NCBI GenBank assembly: GCA_016281925.1
Contig: JAEEJP010000034.1
Coordinates: 33,665-97,664 of the forward strand
From: Methanomassiliicoccaceae archaeon
Lineage (GTDB): Archaea; Thermoplasmatota; Thermoplasmata; Methanomassiliicoccales; Methanomethylophilaceae
Direction of reading: 5' to 3'
Length of the DNA stretch: 64,000 bases
Every line of letters starts with the position of its first letter. Position 1 is the stretch's first letter. Below the pieces are notes generated by a model. That model searched no databases. It was not told the origin of the DNA and was given only the letters and a program-made list of their open reading frames with translations. Of this stretch, positions 41,014-50,487 are shown piece after piece. The position numbers and the translations under genes were made by a program.

Positions 41014-41943
41014 TCAGTTTCTGCGCGCGTCCTCGTACGCGACCTGCGAAAGGGTCTTGATGCGGATGATCACGCTACTGTCGTCTATCCTGGACGGGAA
41101 TATGTCCGCGACCTCGCCGAGCTTCCTGCCGAAGACCTCGACGTTCTCGAGATATTCCCTGTGCTCCCTGTATGGGATCTTGACCCTGAGCCCGTCCAGA
41201 TGGAGGACCATCGGCGACGGCCTGAGGCACATGTCTATGGGTTCGTAGCCTTCGAGGATCTGCTTGACCTCGGCCGGGTGGACGAACAGGGGGTCCTCCT
41301 CCAGGCTCCTCTTCCTGTCGCGGAGCACCCTCTCCAGGGTGTCGGCGATCTCCTCGAGCTTGGCCCTCTCGGGGGGAGTCCTCATCCTTGAAGCCTTCCT
41401 GCCGACGCCGGAGACTATGGCCTCGCATTTGTCGTCGATGCCTTCCGGCTTCGGCCCGGATACCAGCACCGTCGGGATGCGGATGTCCTCTATGAGCTCC
41501 GATTTCTTCTCCACGCAGCTCTTGAAGTTCCCCATCACGAACACCGCCGCGTCGTACTCGTCGATGATCGCCTTCTCCTCGGCGGATATCTGGGATGTGG
41601 CTTTCCCTCTGCCTCTGGCCAGACCCATGACCACGGTGACCGAGCCGTATCTCCTGAGCTCCTCGGCTATGTCGCATATCGGATGAGGCATGTGGTGCCT
41701 GCCCAGGGTGGGGCCGATCACGGCTATCTCTGTGCCTGCCAGCGGGACGCTCTTCACCACGCCGCCGATGTCCGAGCACAGCTTGGAGATGGCTTCCCTG
41801 TCCTCGCCCGGAACCGACATGGTGACCATGAGCATCTGCGAGCTTCTGTTCTTCTGGAGGACGACGCCTCCCACGTCTTCGATCATCTCGAAGAGCTCCT
41901 CGGAGCGGTACACTCCGCCGTCGTACATCATGACCTCAAACAT
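41014..41943 (-). CDS. mmp7: methanogenesis marker protein 7
   Basis: YDGGVY..EDVGG, PTLGRHHMPHPICDIAE, GLARG.G; cluster context. Confidence 0.9.
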   Translation of the reverse strand: MFEVMMYDGGVYRSEELFEMIEDVGGVVLQKNRSSQMLMVTMSVPGEDREAISKLCSDIGGVVKSVPLAGTEIAVIGPTLGRHHMPHPICDIAEELRRYGSVTVVMGLARGRGKATSQISAEEKAIIDEYDAAVFVMGNFKSCVEKKSELIEDIRIPTVLVSGPKPEGIDDKCEAIVSGVGRKASRMRTPPERAKLEEIADTLERVLRDRKRSLEEDPLFVHPAEVKQILEGYEPIDMCLRPSPMVLHLDGLRVKIPYREHREYLENVEVFGRKLGEVADIFPSRIDDSSVIIRIKTLSQVAYEDARRN

Positions 41944-42502
41944 CTGCCGCGCCTCCCATGCTGGCGTGGATCTTCCTGCCTTCCCCCATCATGTCCGGGA
42001 GCAGGATCTCCTCTGTGGCGACCACGGTGATTATGTTGCCGTCCATCAGCACCCTGCGGTTCTTTATGCCCTCGGGCATCGACCTCCACAGGGCGCCCAG
42101 GATCTCGCGCTTGGTCTCCTCGCCGGAGGAAACCACCATGGCGGCTATGTCCTCCTCCTTCGCGCCTGAGACGTCGAGATCGAAGCGGGTCTGCTGGAAG
42201 ACCGACCTCCTGCCGTACTTCCCCCATAAGGCGGAAAGGATCGCGGGGGCATAGCGCTCCTGGGATATGGTCAGGTGGATGCTCTCCCCCTCGGCCCTGA
42301 CGTTGCACACGTCGGGGATGGTCTTGAGCGTGGGCTCCGACTTCAGAGCGATCGAGAATATGAAGAGAGGGACGTCCGGCCTGAGCACCAGCTTGGCCCT
42401 GTCGATGAGGACGGCCTTGTTGAGATCGCTCATGATCTCGTCGAACAGGCGCTGGTACGCCTCGTCCCCGAACCTGTCGTCCCCTATTACCTCGGTTTCC
42501 AT
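41936..42502 (-). CDS. mmp17: methanogenesis marker protein 17
   Basis: PLFIFS, E.YAP.L..LW.KYG..Q..RF, PEG; cluster context. Confidence 0.85.
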   Translation of the reverse strand: METEVIGDDRFGDEAYQRLFDEIMSDLNKAVLIDRAKLVLRPDVPLFIFSIALKSEPTLKTIPDVCNVRAEGESIHLTISQERYAPAILSALWGKYGRRSVFQQTRFDLDVSGAKEEDIAAMVVSSGEETKREILGALWRSMPEGIKNRRVLMDGNIITVVATEEILLPDMMGEGRKIHASMGGAADV

Positions 42503-42511
42503 GCGGATCCC

Positions 42512-43735
42512 TCACAGGAGTCCGGAGCTCAGCAGAGCGCCGCCGACCGCGCCGATGTACTGGGAATCGGGGGGCACGATGGGAGCCTCTCCGAGTATCT
42601 CCCCGACGGCGGTGACCAGACCGGAGATCAGGGACGTGCCGCCGACCTGGATGATCGGATGCCTGACGTCGATCTCCTGCAGCTGCTGCTCGTAGACCTG
42701 CTCCGCCACCGAGTGGCAGGCGGCCGCGGCCACGTCCTCGAATCTCTTGCCCTCTCCGAGGGTGGTGACCAGATCCTGGATCCCGAACACGGAGCAGTAG
42801 GAGTTCATCTTGGCGTTCCTCCAGTTCCCTTTGTCGGCGAGTGCCCCCAGCTGGGTGACCTCAATCTTGAGCCTCTTGGACGTCATCTCGAGGAACCTTC
42901 CGGAAGCTCCGGCGCAGATCCCTCCCATGGTGAAGTTGTCCGGGACGCCGTCCCTGACTGTGATCGCTTTGTTGTCCATCCCTCCGATGTCCAGGATGGT
43001 GGCTTCGCCTCTCTGCCTGTCGGCGAGCCAGACCGCGCCCTTGGAGTTGACCGTGAGCTCCTCCTGCACGAGCTTGGCGCCGAAATGGTCGCCGAGGGTG
43101 AAGCGCCCGTATCCGGTTGTGCCGATCGCCTCGACCTGGGACATCTCGATGCCGGCCATCTTCAGCGCGTTGCCGAGAACGGCTTCGGCCGATGCCACGA
43201 CATCCCCGGAAGGCGTCCAGTCCTTCCCGATGATCTTGTTGTTCTCCATGACCACGGCTTTGGTGGTGGACGACCCGGAATCCAGCCCGACGGTGATGCC
43301 GGTCTGCCTCTCCCTGGAGAGGAGCTCCTTCCTGGTGACTATGGTGACCAGAGCTTCCATTCTGGTCAGCAGCTGGGAAGCCTTGAGCCTCTCGGTGAAC
43401 GAATACGTCACGACCGGGAGCCTGGTGTTCTCCTGGATGAACCTACTGAGCTCGTTCCTGACAAATGCCGCATCGGAGCACCTGAAGCAGGTGGTGATGA
43501 ACACGGCGTCGGCGTCGTATTTCCCGTCGGCCAGCCTTACCGCCCTGGCGATCATCAGCTTCAGCTGCGGCGACCTGGGGACGAACCCGAACCTCTTCAC
43601 GGCCTCGTCTATGTCGGAGGCGGACACGTCGGGATACACTATCTTGGCGCCCACCGATCTGGCCGCCTTCTCTATCTCGTACTGGACGCTGCTGTACTCG
43701 GTCCCGCACGAGAGCTGCGCGATCTTGATGGTCAC
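42512..43735 (-). CDS. mmp15: methanogenesis marker protein 15 (CoA-dehydratase activase-like ATPase)
   Basis: [44 protein letters not shown]; GTG start. Confidence 0.92.
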   Translation of the reverse strand: MTIKIAQLSCGTEYSSVQYEIEKAARSVGAKIVYPDVSASDIDEAVKRFGFVPRSPQLKLMIARAVRLADGKYDADAVFITTCFRCSDAAFVRNELSRFIQENTRLPVVTYSFTERLKASQLLTRMEALVTIVTRKELLSRERQTGITVGLDSGSSTTKAVVMENNKIIGKDWTPSGDVVASAEAVLGNALKMAGIEMSQVEAIGTTGYGRFTLGDHFGAKLVQEELTVNSKGAVWLADRQRGEATILDIGGMDNKAITVRDGVPDNFTMGGICAGASGRFLEMTSKRLKIEVTQLGALADKGNWRNAKMNSYCSVFGIQDLVTTLGEGKRFEDVAAAACHSVAEQVYEQQLQEIDVRHPIIQVGGTSLISGLVTAVGEILGEAPIVPPDSQYIGAVGGALLSSGLL

Positions 43736-44166
43736 TGCAATCCCTCCAGGAATTCCTTGGTCTGGGCGACGAAATTGACCGCCTGCTCGTCGTTCTCCGG
43801 GTAGGTGACCCTGAGCGCCGGGATCCCGCGCCTTTTTATCAGATATTTCACCATGAGATTGGACCTCTCGCATCCCACGCATCCGAAGCTGTATGGGCAG
43901 TCGTCCATGATGATGGCGGCGTCCGCCTCATCGATGAGGGGGCCCCAGAGAGCGAGCCTTCCCCTGACCCCGGACGGGACCTCCACTCCGGCGTATTTCA
44001 GCCCTTTGACGACGTCGTCGAGGGTGACGTTCATCGGCGGCATGTCCACCTCTATGTTGTCGACCCTCTCCTGGATGGCGGCCATGGTGCTGAGCGGTTC
44101 GTGCCCGAACCTTTCGACCAGATCGAAAAGCACCAGGCTGTTGGGCGGATCTATGAAGACCTTCAT
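43732..44166 (-). CDS. mmp5: methanogenesis marker protein 5
   Basis: [38 protein letters not shown]. Confidence 0.92.
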   Translation of the reverse strand: MKVFIDPPNSLVLFDLVERFGHEPLSTMAAIQERVDNIEVDMPPMNVTLDDVVKGLKYAGVEVPSGVRGRLALWGPLIDEADAAIIMDDCPYSFGCVGCERSNLMVKYLIKRRGIPALRVTYPENDEQAVNFVAQTKEFLEGLQ

Positions 44167-44585
44167 CGGCGTACCTCGCAAATTCTCTTGAAATCGTTTA
44201 CTGGAATGCGTTTCTTTTCCTCCGGAGGGACGTATCTGGCGCCTTTGGCGACCTCGTCCAGGCCGTGCTGGACCCTGGCCAGCAGCTCCCACTCCATCTC
44301 CAGCTGGGCATATCCCGGCCTGGTCCCGTGCATGGCGCGGCATCTCCTGGGGTCGCTGCTGGGGTACGCCCTGATCTTCGTGAACACCTCGTTGGGATAT
44401 CCTTCCCTGACCCTGTCGCGTATCGAAAGAACCAGCTCCCTGGGCCCTTCGACGAGGCACCCGTAGCATGTCTCCTTCACCAGAGCCTCCGCCCCGTACG
44501 CATGGACCATGCGCGCGAGCTGGTCCGGCGTGAGCGTGGATCTGGGCGATATCATGAACAGTCTTGTCTCCCTGGTTTCGCTCAT
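44163..44585 (-). CDS. mmp6: methanogenesis marker protein 6
   Basis: VKETCYG..EGP, F.K.R.YP..D.RRCRA..G.RPG..QLE.E; ends CGA-TGA. Confidence 0.9.
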   Translation of the reverse strand: MSETRETRLFMISPRSTLTPDQLARMVHAYGAEALVKETCYGCLVEGPRELVLSIRDRVREGYPNEVFTKIRAYPSSDPRRCRAMHGTRPGYAQLEMEWELLARVQHGLDEVAKGARYVPPEEKKRIPVNDFKRICEVRR

Positions 44586-46099
44586 AAATCCGCCTCCGTC
44601 ACATACACCGTGGCATCCTCCTCCAGGCCGTCCATCAGCCTGTCGAGGTCGTCCACGAACTTCCCTATGATGTTGGTCCCGTAGGGCTCCTCGCCGGTGG
44701 GGCCGTATTCCTTGCTGTCCTTCAGCCTTATGCCGATGAGGCCGTGGTGAGGCCTGGCCTGGTTGGTAAGGCCGATGTCCCCGCGCTTGGACTTCTTGAA
44801 GGGGTCCTGGGGGTACAGATTCTTGCCTCTCATCTCGTCGCCGTAGAAAGTCACCATGGGAAGCCCTTCGAAGGTGAACTGGACCTTCAGAGTCCCCACC
44901 GGCTTGTGGCTGAGGCCGGTTATCTTCCTGAAATACATGTTGCTGGCCGGATCTGAATCCGTCAGCTTGATCCTGAACACCCTGTCCCTCGGGACTCCGA
45001 AAGTCTCCACCTCCCCGTCCTTCAGGGCCTGCATGGTGCGCTCCGGGCTCTGCTCCGCGATGATCGCGCCGTCCGAAACGTCCCCGGTCCTGATCTGCTT
45101 GATCCCGGCGGCCTCCAGGAACTTGGCCCCCTCCGCCTGGGTCATCCCTACGGACAATGCGCGCGGAGGATCGGTGGTAACGGCGAACACGTCGCCCGCT
45201 TTGGCGCGGGAAAGGATCGCCGCCCCCTGGGTTATGTTCCCGGCCGACGTATGGCCGGGCGAGAGCTGCCTCTTCTCCTTGTAGAAGAACAAACGCCCGG
45301 TCCCGATGCCGCTGTTCCTGACCGCGACCGCCCCGGCGTCCCTTATTGCGATGTTCTCCGCCGGGATCTGGACGTCCAGATCGTCGGAGCATGATACGAA
45401 GCTGCCGGTGGCGTCCGTCGCCCTGATGAATCCCTGGCTGGAAAGCACGAGCACATGCTCGGACGCTTCGGGAGACGCCGGATCCAGCTTCACGGAAACG
45501 GAGGTCTCCACCCTGTACCCGTCGTCCAGCCTGAATGACAGGTCGTCCGTTACCACAACGTTCTCGGTGCTGGTCTCGGACATCAGCGGGCGGACGCCGA
45601 TTATGCGGTCCCCTTCCCTGATCTTGTCCAGTATGTGCCTGCCGACGGTTATCCTGCCGATCAGGCCGTGTCCGGCGCCGTATGAGCCGCTGTGGTTGTC
45701 CCTGGCCACCATGATGTAGGTGGTGTGGTTGTCGAACCCTCCCAGCGCGAAGAAGCAGTCGTACACCCTGTAATGGAACGTCTCCCTGCTCACTTCCAGA
45801 TCGGTGGGGAACGATCCGAAGGCGGCGATGTCGTGGGTGACCCACCTGGCGTTGGCTCCGGCTATGGACTGGGCCACTTTGGACCTCCACATCTCGGCCA
45901 GAGGCGAATCGTTCAGGCGCATGACCATGGTCCCGGCTTCGGTCTCGATCTCGAAGTCGCTGGTCTCGGTGACCACCTTCTCCTCGGACAGATGGACGGA
46001 AATCAGGGAGCCTTTGACGTAGGTCTCCCCGGCGATCGCGGTCTTGAGCGTGGAGCCGGCTTTGAGCTTCTTCTCCTTGCCGTTGACGGTGACTATCAT
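44582..46099 (-). CDS. mmp3: methanogenesis marker protein 3 (cyclophilin-like)
   Basis: [36 protein letters not shown]. Confidence 0.9.
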   Translation of the reverse strand: MIVTVNGKEKKLKAGSTLKTAIAGETYVKGSLISVHLSEEKVVTETSDFEIETEAGTMVMRLNDSPLAEMWRSKVAQSIAGANARWVTHDIAAFGSFPTDLEVSRETFHYRVYDCFFALGGFDNHTTYIMVARDNHSGSYGAGHGLIGRITVGRHILDKIREGDRIIGVRPLMSETSTENVVVTDDLSFRLDDGYRVETSVSVKLDPASPEASEHVLVLSSQGFIRATDATGSFVSCSDDLDVQIPAENIAIRDAGAVAVRNSGIGTGRLFFYKEKRQLSPGHTSAGNITQGAAILSRAKAGDVFAVTTDPPRALSVGMTQAEGAKFLEAAGIKQIRTGDVSDGAIIAEQSPERTMQALKDGEVETFGVPRDRVFRIKLTDSDPASNMYFRKITGLSHKPVGTLKVQFTFEGLPMVTFYGDEMRGKNLYPQDPFKKSKRGDIGLTNQARPHHGLIGIRLKDSKEYGPTGEEPYGTNIIGKFVDDLDRLMDGLEEDATVYVTEADL

Positions 46100-46722
46100 T
46101 CCATACCGCGCTCCGGAAGCATGGACTGCACTTTCGACACGATCTCGTCCAGCTTGTCCTGGTCGCAGGTCACTCCCCTGACGACGCCGGTGACGATGTT
46201 CACGATCTCGCCTTTGGTCTGTATCTTATCGTCCGGAGGCATTACGCGCGACGTCTTGACGCCGATCGCCGCGAAATCCTCGAAGTCTATGGGGCACTGG
46301 GCTACGATGATCGCAGGTATGTTCACGTTCCTGAGAATGAGCCTGGCCTTGTAGATGATGTGTGCCCTGACGTTCCCCAGGTGGATCAGCGCCACCTTGT
46401 ATTGCTGGATCCTCTCCACCTCGATCGGGTCGAGGCCGAAGCAGGATCCCGTAGTCATGTCCGGCGCGTCGGCCGGGACTCCCGAGCCGGCGTTCACCAC
46501 CAGGACGCTGGTGTCTATCCCCTCTTCGCGGAGCGCATAGGTAATCTCGCAGACTGGCTTGGTGATGTGCCTCCTTCCGGGGCCCATCGCTATCGCCACC
46601 ACGTCCCTCCCGGACTCGGAGATGGTCGCCCTCTGAGCGAGACCTCCTCCGACGCCGAGGCCCATCGATTCCCTGCACTCGACGAAGCTGAGATGCCTTC
46701 CCATCTTCTGCTTCAATTTCAT
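46096..46722 (-). CDS. mcrC: methyl-coenzyme M reductase operon protein C
   Basis: [45 protein letters not shown]. Confidence 0.93.
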   Translation of the reverse strand: MKLKQKMGRHLSFVECRESMGLGVGGGLAQRATISESGRDVVAIAMGPGRRHITKPVCEITYALREEGIDTSVLVVNAGSGVPADAPDMTTGSCFGLDPIEVERIQQYKVALIHLGNVRAHIIYKARLILRNVNIPAIIVAQCPIDFEDFAAIGVKTSRVMPPDDKIQTKGEIVNIVTGVVRGVTCDQDKLDEIVSKVQSMLPERGME

Positions 46723-48326
46723 TCACCTTCGGGCACTGGCTCCATGTTGAACTCCTCGAGGATGTCCTCGGGGTTCCCGATGGATACGACCGTTCCGTTC
46801 TTCATGAAGGCGGCGCGGTCGCAGCAGTTCATAACGAAATCCATGTCGTGGCTGACGACTATGAACGTCTCTCCCAGGGTCTCCCTCGCCCTCACCACTG
46901 ATTTCGCCACTATCGTCTTGGTGATCGGATCCATGGTCCCGGTGGGCTCGTCCAGTATGATTATGCGGGGCTCTTTGATCAGGACCTGGGCGAACGCGAT
47001 CCTCTGGCACTCCCCTACGGAAAGGGAATCCGGATAGGAATAGAGGGTCTTCTCGACGGTCTCCTTGGGGAAGCCGACGCTGGTCAGGACCTGGATGGCC
47101 TTGACCTTGGCGAGATCCGCGGGCATCTTCATGCCGATGCATGTGGTGAGGTTCTGGAGGACTGTGTCGAAGGGATACAGCGTGTATTCCTGGTGGAGGA
47201 CGCCGATATACGGGGTCGCCCTCCCTTTTCCGGCGAACCCGCTCTCCGACATGTCGACCCAGTCGTCCCCGATTTTGATCTTGACGGTGCCCGAAGTTGC
47301 AGGTGTCATCCCGGCGATCATGCGCGAGGTGGTGGTCTTCCCCGCGCCGGAATAGCCTATCAGGGCGAAGACCTCCCTCTCTTTGATGTCGAACGACACT
47401 CCGTCGACGGCTTTGACGACCCCCCTGACCACCGAGAAATAGTGCTTTTTGGCGTTGTCGAGGACGATTATGGGCTCGCCCAGCTTCCCGACCGCCTGCT
47501 TCTCGAAATGGTAGTCCTTCATGAAGAGATCGGTGACTTCCTTGGGGTTCCCCTGCTTGACGACGTCGCCGGCCTCCAGGAGGATGGCCTCGTCCGCCAT
47601 CCTGGTGATCGCCTCCGGCCAATGGGACGCGAACACCATGCAGATGTTCATCTTGCGCACGTAATCGATGAGCCCCTGGTGGACGGTCTCCGCCGTGGTG
47701 GGATCCAGAGTCCCGGTGGGCTCGTCGGCCAGGAAGAACAGCGGCTCTTTGGCGAGCTGCCTTGCCATGACCACGCGCTGCTTCTCTCCTCCCGACAGAT
47801 CCCTGGCGATGTGGGTGGTCCTGTGGGTCATGTTGACCATCTCGATCATCTCGATCGCGCGCCTGACGCGTCTCTCGCCCTCGTAATCCGGGGTGACGGC
47901 CTCCATGACGTTCTCGATGACCGTCTTGTCGCCGAACAGGGCGAAAGTCCTCTGAAGCATGATGGCGATATGGGATTTCACAGCCGATCTGAGGGGGTCG
48001 TCCTCTTTGAGCGCCCAATAGTCCACCGCCAGCTTCTCGGTGTCACCTCCGCATTTCACGCAGGGGATCCCCTTCAGCGGGAGATCCAGGTCGCCGCATT
48101 TCTTGCAGCGGTTGACATGATAAATCACGCGCCCGGTGTCCGGGGCGTACTCGTCGCTGCCTCTGAGCATGTGGATCAGAACGCTCTTTCCGGCCGCGCT
48201 CTTCCCGACCAGACCGAGGATCTTCCCCGTGGAAAGCTTGGCGCTGACATTCTTCAAGACGCATCTTCCGTCGAAGGATTTGGAGACGTTCTCGATTTCC
48301 AGAAGGTCGACAGATTCTTGAGCCAT
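46719..48326 (-). CDS. atwA: methyl-coenzyme M reductase system component A2 (ABC-type ATPase)
   Basis: Two ABC cassettes (GKSAAGKS; GYSGAGKTT), Zn motif [23 protein letters not shown]. Confidence 0.95.
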   Translation of the reverse strand: MAQESVDLLEIENVSKSFDGRCVLKNVSAKLSTGKILGLVGKSAAGKSVLIHMLRGSDEYAPDTGRVIYHVNRCKKCGDLDLPLKGIPCVKCGGDTEKLAVDYWALKEDDPLRSAVKSHIAIMLQRTFALFGDKTVIENVMEAVTPDYEGERRVRRAIEMIEMVNMTHRTTHIARDLSGGEKQRVVMARQLAKEPLFFLADEPTGTLDPTTAETVHQGLIDYVRKMNICMVFASHWPEAITRMADEAILLEAGDVVKQGNPKEVTDLFMKDYHFEKQAVGKLGEPIIVLDNAKKHYFSVVRGVVKAVDGVSFDIKEREVFALIGYSGAGKTTTSRMIAGMTPATSGTVKIKIGDDWVDMSESGFAGKGRATPYIGVLHQEYTLYPFDTVLQNLTTCIGMKMPADLAKVKAIQVLTSVGFPKETVEKTLYSYPDSLSVGECQRIAFAQVLIKEPRIIILDEPTGTMDPITKTIVAKSVVRARETLGETFIVVSHDMDFVMNCCDRAAFMKNGTVVSIGNPEDILEEFNMEPVPEGE

Positions 48327-48445
48327 ACGCTCCGTACAATCTTCTGCCAATAAATAATATCTGAAAATTGCCGTCGGTCCGGCCGGGCAATAGCTGCCTC
48401 CGGCCATAACCGGAACCTAAATATCCGCCCACTTGTCCAGACAGT

Positions 48446-48460
48446 CAAAACTATTTAAAT
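48446..48460 (+). promoter_or_regulatory. BRE/TATA for the divergent DUF2111 regulator operon
   Basis: CAAAACTATTTAAAT ending about 20 nt before ATG 48481. Confidence 0.5.
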
Positions 48461-48480
48461 TGGATGAAAGATGCATCCAT

Positions 48481-49443
48481 ATGACCCATGGATCGGCCAA
48501 ATCAGGCGGACCCCTGCCGAAATACAGCGACTACCACATCTGGAAGGCCATCGAGACCCTCGACGGCAGGAACACCATCGGCAGGAAGAAGCTGGCGGAG
48601 CTCCTTGGAATCGGGGAAGGAAGCACCAGATCGATAATATCCATCATGCAGGAGCAGGGCCTGGTCACGATCGGCAAAAGCGGAATCCTTCTCACCGCCA
48701 AGGGCATGGAATTCAGGAAGAAGACCCATATGGAGATCGCCCCGGACATAGACGTAGACGGCCTCACCATAGGGGAAGCCAACGTTGCCGTCCGCATCCC
48801 GAAGATGGCCAGGAGCGTGAAGTACGGGTGCGAGGAGAGGGATGCGGCCATAAAATCCGGCGCATCCGGAGCTACCACGCTGATTTACACGGGCGGGAAG
48901 CTGTCGTTCCCTGGCTCCGACCATCCGGTGGACGCGAAAGCGGAAGAGAGCATAAGATCCTGCTTCCAGCTCAAGAGCGACGACGTCATAATAATAGGGA
49001 CGGGGCCGACACTCGAAGCGGCGGAGATCGGCGCGGTGAACGCCGGACTGGCCATTCTGGGAGGGATGAGATTCGGACGCGAGCTGGAGGACATCCTTTC
49101 GTCCCGCAGCTCCGGCAGCGAGCTCATCTCCCTTGCGTTCGCCATCCACGACCTGGTCGGAGGGCTCCCGGTCTGCGCGAAGAGCAGGGACAACCTCGGG
49201 ATAAGGATAGAGAACGGAAAGGTCATAGACAACGCGTATACCGGCCAGGTCCTCGAGGAGGTCATCAGCGCCGGTACCACGATACGCAAGATCGCCGTTT
49301 CCGGGCCTTACAAAGGCATCAGGGTCATTGTAACCCCGATAGAGCTGGACAACCGCATCATCGCGGCGATCGGCGTGGTCGACATAAGGTCGATGGCAGG
49401 CGCCAACAACCTCATCAGGCTCAGGAGCGACGACAATGAGCGA
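48481..49443 (+). CDS. wHTH + DUF2111-like domain regulator; end placed at CGA 49441-49443 (standard code runs on to TAG at 49855)
   Basis: IGRKKLAELLGIGEGSTR HTH; RDAAIKSGA.GATT; C-terminal YTG.VLEEVI..GPYKG..VIV.PI..IAAIGVVD. Confidence 0.8.
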
Positions 49444-49780
49444 GACCTGCAGGGTGGTGGTCGACGCCGGGGTGTGCAGGAAACGCACTCTGATAACGGC
49501 GGAAGAGGACATGGGTATGGTCCATGTGGATATAAAGAGCGAATGCCCCAACGTGCTGAGGCTTTCCTGGGGCCTGAAGCCGATCAGCGCGTTCTCCGAA
49601 GTGGAAGCGAAAATCTCGGAATCGGAGATATACAGGCTGGCGGAGGAGACGATACCCCACGCCGCGTGCCCGGTCATGTCCGGCATCATAAAAGCGATAG
49701 AAGTCGCGGGGAATCTGGGTCTGAAACGCGACTGCAGCATCCATTTCCTGGAAGAGGGCGAAACTTCCGACGTCAGATGA
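49436..49780 (+). CDS. small Cys-containing hypothetical protein
   Basis: DAGVC..SECPNV..HAACPV..KAIEV; coding-like codon usage. Confidence 0.8.
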   Translation: MSETCRVVVDAGVCRKRTLITAEEDMGMVHVDIKSECPNVLRLSWGLKPISAFSEVEAKISESEIYRLAEETIPHAACPVMSGIIKAIEVAGNLGLKRDCSIHFLEEGETSDVR

Positions 49781-49866
49781 CGGTCAGAACCATCGCATCC
49801 GCCAGAATACGTTCCAATCCGTCCGATTGCATACATTTTTTTACGACTAAAGCATAGAGAGCAATT

Positions 49867-50424
49867 ATGACAGCGGATCCGGACGCACCGGGCGACAAAC
49901 AGCTCGAAATCATACGCGGGCTGAGAGGGGTCATCCATGCCTTCTACCTCGACAAGGAGATACTGTCCGAGCTCGAGAAGGAGGAGGCGAAAGTCCGTGC
50001 GATGGGAAACATCGAAGTGGACAACCAGGGGTTCAAGCAGGCTTTGGGACGCGACAGCGTCATCTGCATCGTAAAGGATCCCAGGTTCAGGCCGCCGCCG
50101 GAGCCCACCGTGATCCTCGTATCCGGAGAAGGCAACATCATCGGCGAGGAGGTATTCCCGTTCACGGCGAGCAAATACACGTCCAGAGACGACGTGGTAT
50201 GGCTTTCCGACGGATTCGTGCTGTTCCCGACGGTCCAGGCCAGCGGAGGGGAGCAGTTCGTCATGCCCCCCGTATCGTTCCCGGAGCTGAACGAGAGCAA
50301 CGGATGCAAGAACGTCATATCCTGCAGCCCGGCGCCCACCAGCGATCTCATGATCAAGAAGCACTACGGCCTGGTGGACAATCCGAAGCTGGCTTCCGTT
50401 CTAGTGGCCTTCGACAGGATGTGA
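49867..50424 (+). CDS. hypothetical protein
   Basis: Coding-like ORF with FRPPPEPTV and SCSPAP; no family recognised. Confidence 0.7.
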   Translation: MTADPDAPGDKQLEIIRGLRGVIHAFYLDKEILSELEKEEAKVRAMGNIEVDNQGFKQALGRDSVICIVKDPRFRPPPEPTVILVSGEGNIIGEEVFPFTASKYTSRDDVVWLSDGFVLFPTVQASGGEQFVMPPVSFPELNESNGCKNVISCSPAPTSDLMIKKHYGLVDNPKLASVLVAFDRM

Positions 50425-50487
50425 TCCGGGACCGGATCCCGGATCTCTTTTGAATACCCTTTAATACGGACATCCAGTTCTCTGCGC

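Noticed and set aside
49444-49857. A genuine dual-coding overlap (474-aa ORF spanning the 49436 gene)
   Set aside because: The extension has non-coding-like composition and starts exactly at the CGA; termination there is the simpler explanation
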